64,000 nucleotides of DNA from Clostridia bacterium (GTDB lineage Bacteria > Bacillota > Clostridia > Oscillospirales > CAG-272): positions 1,734 through 65,733 of the forward strand of contig JAGAKG010000057.1 of assembly GCA_017625755.1 (NCBI GenBank), read 5' to 3'. Shown here in pieces: positions 59,501 to 64,000 of the stretch (the stretch's first letter is position 1; each line of letters starts with the position of its first letter). The position numbers and the translations under genes were made by a program. Below the pieces are notes generated by a model. That model was not told the DNA's origin. It did no database searches and saw only the letters and a list, made by a program, of their open reading frames with translations.

Positions 59501-60802
59501 ATGACGGCAAGACAGGTTGCTATGAGCGTTCTGCTCAGATGCGAAAAATCAAATCAATATTCAAATATAGCGGTCGACCACGCTCTTGCCGACAGTGCCC
59601 TCTCGGGTGCCGACCGCCGACTCGTCGCGGCGCTCGTTTACGGCGTGACAGAGAGGCGTATCACGCTTGACTACTATCTCTCCCGCCTCTCCACGCGCCC
59701 GCTCTCCGATATAGACAGTGAGGCGCTTTGCGCCGCGCGTATGGGACTGTATCAGCTCATATATATGGACAGAATACCCCCTCACGCCGCGGTGAACGAG
59801 ACGGTTTCTCTCTGCCGCAGAAGCTATTCGGGGTTTGTCAACGCAATTCTGCGCTCGTATATGAGACTCGACGCCCCTATCCCCCTGCCCGACAGAGAGA
59901 GCGACACAGCAGAATATATTTCTGTTCGCTATTCGGTCTGTCTGCCCCTTGCCGAAAGGCTTCTTGCGGTATTCGGAGTAGCGCGTACCGAGAGTCTGCT
60001 CACAGCGTCATTTGAAACACCGAAAACAACGCTCCGCGTAAACACCCTGAGGCTCTCGCGCGAGGAGCTGGCAAAAAATATTGCCGACTGCGAGCTGACC
60101 TCTCTCTCGCCGCACGGAATAAAGACGGCGGGTAGCGTGCGTGAGCTGTACGGATTTGAGGACGGTCTGTTCTTCGTTCAGGACGAAGCATCTCAGATAT
60201 GCGTCGGCGCGCTCGATGCCCATAGCGGACAAACTCTCGTCGACTCCTGCGCCTGCCCAGGCTCGAAAAGCTTTGGCGCAGCGATAGATATGAAAAACGA
60301 GGGGCGGGTACTCTCCTTTGACCTTCACAAAAACAAGCTCTCGCTCGTCGTATCGGGAGCGCAGAGATTGGGAATAAATATAATAGACGCCGCCGTGATG
60401 GACGGACGGAGCTTTATCCCCGAGCTTGAGGGGGTTGCCGACAGAGTTCTGTGCGATGTTCCCTGCTCAGGCTTCGGAGTCCTTGCTAAAAAACCCGAGC
60501 TGAGATATAAGAACCCCGCAGAGTCGGCGGCACTCCCCGACATACAGCTCGCGATACTTAAAAACTGCTCAAAATATGTCTGCACGGGAGGGCTCCTCGT
60601 TTACTCAACCTGCACTATTCTCCCCGAGGAAAATGAGGAAAATATAAAGAGATTTCTCGCCGACTCGTCCGATTTCGAGCTTGATCGCTTCGACTTCGGC
60701 GGACTGAGCTGCGAGAGCGGAATGGTATCTCTATACCCCGACACCCACGGAACAGACGGATTTTTCGTGGCGAGAATGAGAAAAAAGCAAACCGATATCT
60801 GA
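59501..60802 (+). CDS. rsmB: 16S rRNA m5C967 methyltransferase RsmB
   Basis: NusB-like N-terminus, VQDEAS, CACPGSK, DVPCSG and YSTCT. Confidence 0.96.
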   Translation: MTARQVAMSVLLRCEKSNQYSNIAVDHALADSALSGADRRLVAALVYGVTERRITLDYYLSRLSTRPLSDIDSEALCAARMGLYQLIYMDRIPPHAAVNETVSLCRRSYSGFVNAILRSYMRLDAPIPLPDRESDTAEYISVRYSVCLPLAERLLAVFGVARTESLLTASFETPKTTLRVNTLRLSREELAKNIADCELTSLSPHGIKTAGSVRELYGFEDGLFFVQDEASQICVGALDAHSGQTLVDSCACPGSKSFGAAIDMKNEGRVLSFDLHKNKLSLVVSGAQRLGINIIDAAVMDGRSFIPELEGVADRVLCDVPCSGFGVLAKKPELRYKNPAESAALPDIQLAILKNCSKYVCTGGLLVYSTCTILPEENEENIKRFLADSSDFELDRFDFGGLSCESGMVSLYPDTHGTDGFFVARMRKKQTDI

Positions 60803-60826
60803 TTATTGGAGATTATTTAAACTGTT

Positions 60827-61894
60827 ATGGAAGAAAAGAAAACCGACCTGCTCTCTCTCGAGCTGCCCGAGCTTGAAGCGCTTCTCGTGTCAATGGGAGA
60901 GCCGAAATACAGAGCCGAGCAGATTTTCGTGCAGATGCACCGCGGCGTCTCTCCCGAGGATATGACAAACATCGGAAAGGCACTCAAGCAGAAGCTTGCC
61001 GACACCGCCTATTTTCATATACCCTCAATAGAGAAAAAGCTCGTCTCGGCTATCGACGGCACGGTGAAATATCTGTTCGCTATGCGCGACGGGAACTGCG
61101 TCGAGAGCGTCGTTATGAAATACAAGCACGGAAACACCATCTGCATATCCTCTCAGGTAGGCTGCAGAATGGGCTGCGCCTTCTGCGCCTCGACTATCGG
61201 CGGAAAGGTACGCGACCTGCTCCCCTCCGAGCTTCTCGGGCAGATAATCGCCGCTCAGAACGACGGCGGAGAGAGAATCTCAAATGTCGTTATGATGGGC
61301 ATTGGCGAGCCGCTTGACAATTACGACAATGTCGTAAAATTCTTGCACCTCGTGGGCAACGAAAAGGGACTTAATATCGGCTACCGCCATATATCTCTCT
61401 CGACCTGCGGCGTGGTAGACAAAATAAACAGACTCGCCGAGGAGGACCTGCCGATAACCCTCTCGATATCTCTCCACGCGTCCGACGACGAGACCCGCTC
61501 CTCTATTATGCCGATAAACAAAAAGTGGAATATAGACGCTCTGCTTTGCGCCTGCCGCGATTATTTCGCGAAAACAGGACGGCGCATATCCTTTGAATAC
61601 ACGCTTATCGCGGGTAAGAACGACTCTGTCGCGGCGGCATCAAAGCTTGCAGAGCTGCTCAACAGACGGCTTCGCACCAGAAGCGAAACTATGCCGATAC
61701 ATGTCAACCTCATTCCCGTGAACGAGGTCAGTGAGAGCGGCTTTACCCACTCGGGAAAGGAAGCGGTCGATAAATTCGCCGCCACGCTCAACAAAAAGGG
61801 TATACGGGCAACCGTTCGTCGGAAGCTCGGTGCCGACATAAATGCCTCCTGCGGTCAGCTTCGCCGCGCGCACGAGGATAACAAGCAGAACTGA
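60827..61894 (+). CDS. rlmN: 23S rRNA m2A2503 methyltransferase RlmN
   Basis: CRMGCAFC radical-SAM motif, MGIGEP and ASCGQL. Confidence 0.97.
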   Translation: MEEKKTDLLSLELPELEALLVSMGEPKYRAEQIFVQMHRGVSPEDMTNIGKALKQKLADTAYFHIPSIEKKLVSAIDGTVKYLFAMRDGNCVESVVMKYKHGNTICISSQVGCRMGCAFCASTIGGKVRDLLPSELLGQIIAAQNDGGERISNVVMMGIGEPLDNYDNVVKFLHLVGNEKGLNIGYRHISLSTCGVVDKINRLAEEDLPITLSISLHASDDETRSSIMPINKKWNIDALLCACRDYFAKTGRRISFEYTLIAGKNDSVAAASKLAELLNRRLRTRSETMPIHVNLIPVNEVSESGFTHSGKEAVDKFAATLNKKGIRATVRRKLGADINASCGQLRRAHEDNKQN

Positions 61895-61949
61895 GAACAA
61901 CGAATTGACCTTCTGTAAACGCCTTACATAAAATAAGGAAGGTCAATAA

Positions 61950-63239
61950 ATGAAATACAGAATAATTTCCTCAAAAAAAGCCCCCTCAAGGGGCGCAAAT
62001 AAGAAAAAGGGATTTCGTCTGCGCAGCGCAAAAGCTCTCGGTGAGGTGCGCCGACCGAGCGGAGTACCCGTCGAGAACGCTGAGCTGTTTGGCTTCGGTT
62101 GCTTTTACGAGCCGCTTTCCGAACCCGAGCGTTCACTTGCGCCGATACCGCAAAAAAAGAAAAGGCGACACCGCTTTGCCGCACTTGCGAGAGCCGTCAG
62201 ACGCGGAACAGTATCGGCTTTGCGTACTCTCCGCAAGGCATTCTCACGCGTTTTTGCGTTTATACGGGAGCGATTTGAGCGAAAAAAGGAAAAACCGTAC
62301 GCTCTGCCCGCGCTTTGCGGGGCTCTTTGCGCCGCTTTTGCGGTGGCGCTCCTCTCGGGCGGAGTGGTGATATACAAGCTGTTCGTCGAGGACTATTTCG
62401 GGAGCTACGACCTCGTATCGGTTCCCGATTTCGTGGGTAATGTCTACCCCAACACCGAAATTTTTTCAGAGACAGAATACTGCAATATCACGGTAAGCTA
62501 TGAATACAGCTCGGATATCCCCGAGGGAACCGTCATATCCCAGATGCCGCCCGCAGGCGTGCAAAGGCGGGTATATTCAAACAAGAGCCTGTGTAATGTC
62601 AATCTGGTGGTAAGCCTTGGGGAGCGCACATTCACAATGAACGACTACTCTGACCACACCCTGCGCGAAGCCGCGCTTGAGCTGAAAAAGGAAGCCGTAA
62701 GGTTTTCTGTGGTAAGGAAATATTCCGACACGGTCGGCGAGGGAAAAATAATCTCCACATCTCCCGAGGTGGGCGAGATATTCTCCTGCGAGCAGACCGT
62801 GACGCTGTGCGTAAGTATGGGGCCCGAGATAATCTATGTAAGCGTCCCCGAGCTTTACGGAATGACAGAGAGCCGAGCCGAAGCGGTGCTGAGAGCATCG
62901 GGCTTGACGGTGGGCGACATAAGCTACGCCGTCTCCGAGGAGCCGAGAGGAACTGTAATCTCCCAGAGCATCACGCCATATTCGAGTGTGAAAGAGGGAG
63001 AGACGGTATCCTTTACCGTGAGCGCGGGAGTGGCGTACAACGAAAAGCTCGTTCCCGACCTCTACGGTCTGACCGTCGAGGAAGCCCGAGAAAAGCTCGC
63101 GGAATACGGGCTTGTGTGCGGAAATATATACGCCGTGGCAAACGGCGCGCCGTCGGGCACGGTCATCGCCCAATCGCCTATCCCCGAAACGCCTATCACC
63201 TCGGGACTCGTTTCTGTGGATATTTATGTAAGCTCGTAA
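61950..63239 (+). CDS. Membrane-anchored PASTA-repeat protein lacking a kinase domain
   Basis: Basic N-terminus, one TM, then four PASTA repeats (VPDFVG, MNDYSD, VPELYG, VPDLYG, each with GTVISQ-like and VS.G/VSS ends). Confidence 0.88.
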   Translation: MKYRIISSKKAPSRGANKKKGFRLRSAKALGEVRRPSGVPVENAELFGFGCFYEPLSEPERSLAPIPQKKKRRHRFAALARAVRRGTVSALRTLRKAFSRVFAFIRERFERKKEKPYALPALCGALCAAFAVALLSGGVVIYKLFVEDYFGSYDLVSVPDFVGNVYPNTEIFSETEYCNITVSYEYSSDIPEGTVISQMPPAGVQRRVYSNKSLCNVNLVVSLGERTFTMNDYSDHTLREAALELKKEAVRFSVVRKYSDTVGEGKIISTSPEVGEIFSCEQTVTLCVSMGPEIIYVSVPELYGMTESRAEAVLRASGLTVGDISYAVSEEPRGTVISQSITPYSSVKEGETVSFTVSAGVAYNEKLVPDLYGLTVEEAREKLAEYGLVCGNIYAVANGAPSGTVIAQSPIPETPITSGLVSVDIYVSS

Positions 63240-63277
63240 AAATCTGCCCGCGGGCAGTCAAAATAAGTGAGACGAAG

Positions 63278-64000
63278 ATGGAAAATACCTTAAAAGGAAA
63301 AATAATAAAGGGAGTGGGGGGACTCTACTCGGTGAGAATATGCACCCCCTCGTCCGAGCTTAACGGAACGCTCGTAAGCTGTCGGGCAAAGGGAGCCTTC
63401 AGGCATAGCAACACCACTCCCCTCGCGGGAGACAATGTTCTCCTGCTCCCCGCCGACACCTCTGCCGAGGGCGGATATGTTATAGCCGAGATATCAGAGA
63501 GGCGGAATTCGCTTATCCGTCCGCCCCTCGCCAATCTCGATTACATATTCGTGACTATGGCGGCGGCGCACCCTCAGCCGATACTGACTACGGTCGACAA
63601 GCTGATATCTATCGCCGAGCATAACAAGATAGAGCCGATAATCGTGATAACCAAAAACGACCTCGACGCCGAGAGCGCCGAGAAAATTTCCGAAATATAT
63701 AAAAAATCGGGATTTACGGTATTCACGGTAAGCTCTGTAACATCTGACGGCGTTGCGGAAATAAAAGAGTTTATAGACACCTCACTCGCGGGCAAAACCG
63801 CCGCCTTTGCGGGGGCTTCGGGCATAGGAAAGTCGACCCTTATGAACGCGCTTTTCCCAAACCTTGAGCTTACGACCTCTGAGATAAGCAGAAAAATAGA
63901 GAGAGGTCGCCACACCACGCGTCAGGTCGAGCTTTTCCCTCTTTCAGAGGAGAGCGACAGCGGTTATATTGCCGACACCCCCGGTTTTTCAATGCTCGAT
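63278..64000 (+). CDS. rsgA: Ribosome small subunit-dependent GTPase RsgA (partial)
   Basis: Hand translation MENTLKGKIIKGVGGLY...RRNSLIRPPLANLD...TKND...GASGIGKST...RGRHTTR...ADTPGFS. Confidence 0.96.
   Translation, partial: MENTLKGKIIKGVGGLYSVRICTPSSELNGTLVSCRAKGAFRHSNTTPLAGDNVLLLPADTSAEGGYVIAEISERRNSLIRPPLANLDYIFVTMAAAHPQPILTTVDKLISIAEHNKIEPIIVITKNDLDAESAEKISEIYKKSGFTVFTVSSVTSDGVAEIKEFIDTSLAGKTAAFAGASGIGKSTLMNALFPNLELTTSEISRKIERGRHTTRQVELFPLSEESDSGYIADTPGFSMLD

Overview
This is a mostly core-genome window from a spore-forming Bacillota bacterium, most likely an uncultured Clostridia lineage (inferred from protein sequences, gene order and sporulation genes). From left to right it holds: a partial solute-binding lipoprotein; an XRE/DUF6514 pair; an ECF sigma/DUF4367 anti-sigma/secreted-protein module; an AT-rich GNAT gene bracketed by a 38-bp palindromic direct repeat; a pduL-SGNH-NifU-like-GGGtGRT cluster; tepA, cysK, glgB and a uracil/xanthine permease; the complete S10-spc-alpha ribosomal protein superoperon (minus strand); a GerA/SpoVAF-like gene, PPi-PFK, intact sigK and recA-recX; a four-gene rare-sugar cluster (rfbH, aldolase fusion, HAD, ThDP enzyme); a 1172-aa surface protein; efp; and the yicC-remA-gmk-rpoZ-priA-def-fmt-rsmB-rlmN-PASTA-rsgA operon. 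I saw no rRNA, tRNA, CRISPR array, integrase or transposase. The most notable oddities are: (1) the usual phosphatase/PASTA-kinase pair is replaced by a kinase-less 4xPASTA membrane protein; (2) a surface protein with an Antigen I/II-like helix/polyproline layout; (3) modular GTAG-REP elements whose arms are swapped between copies; (4) the repeat-flanked GNAT cassette; (5) a CTG start codon for infA; (6) structured intergenic RNAs and protein insertions inside the ribosomal operon. All family assignments come from motif recognition by eye, not from database searches.
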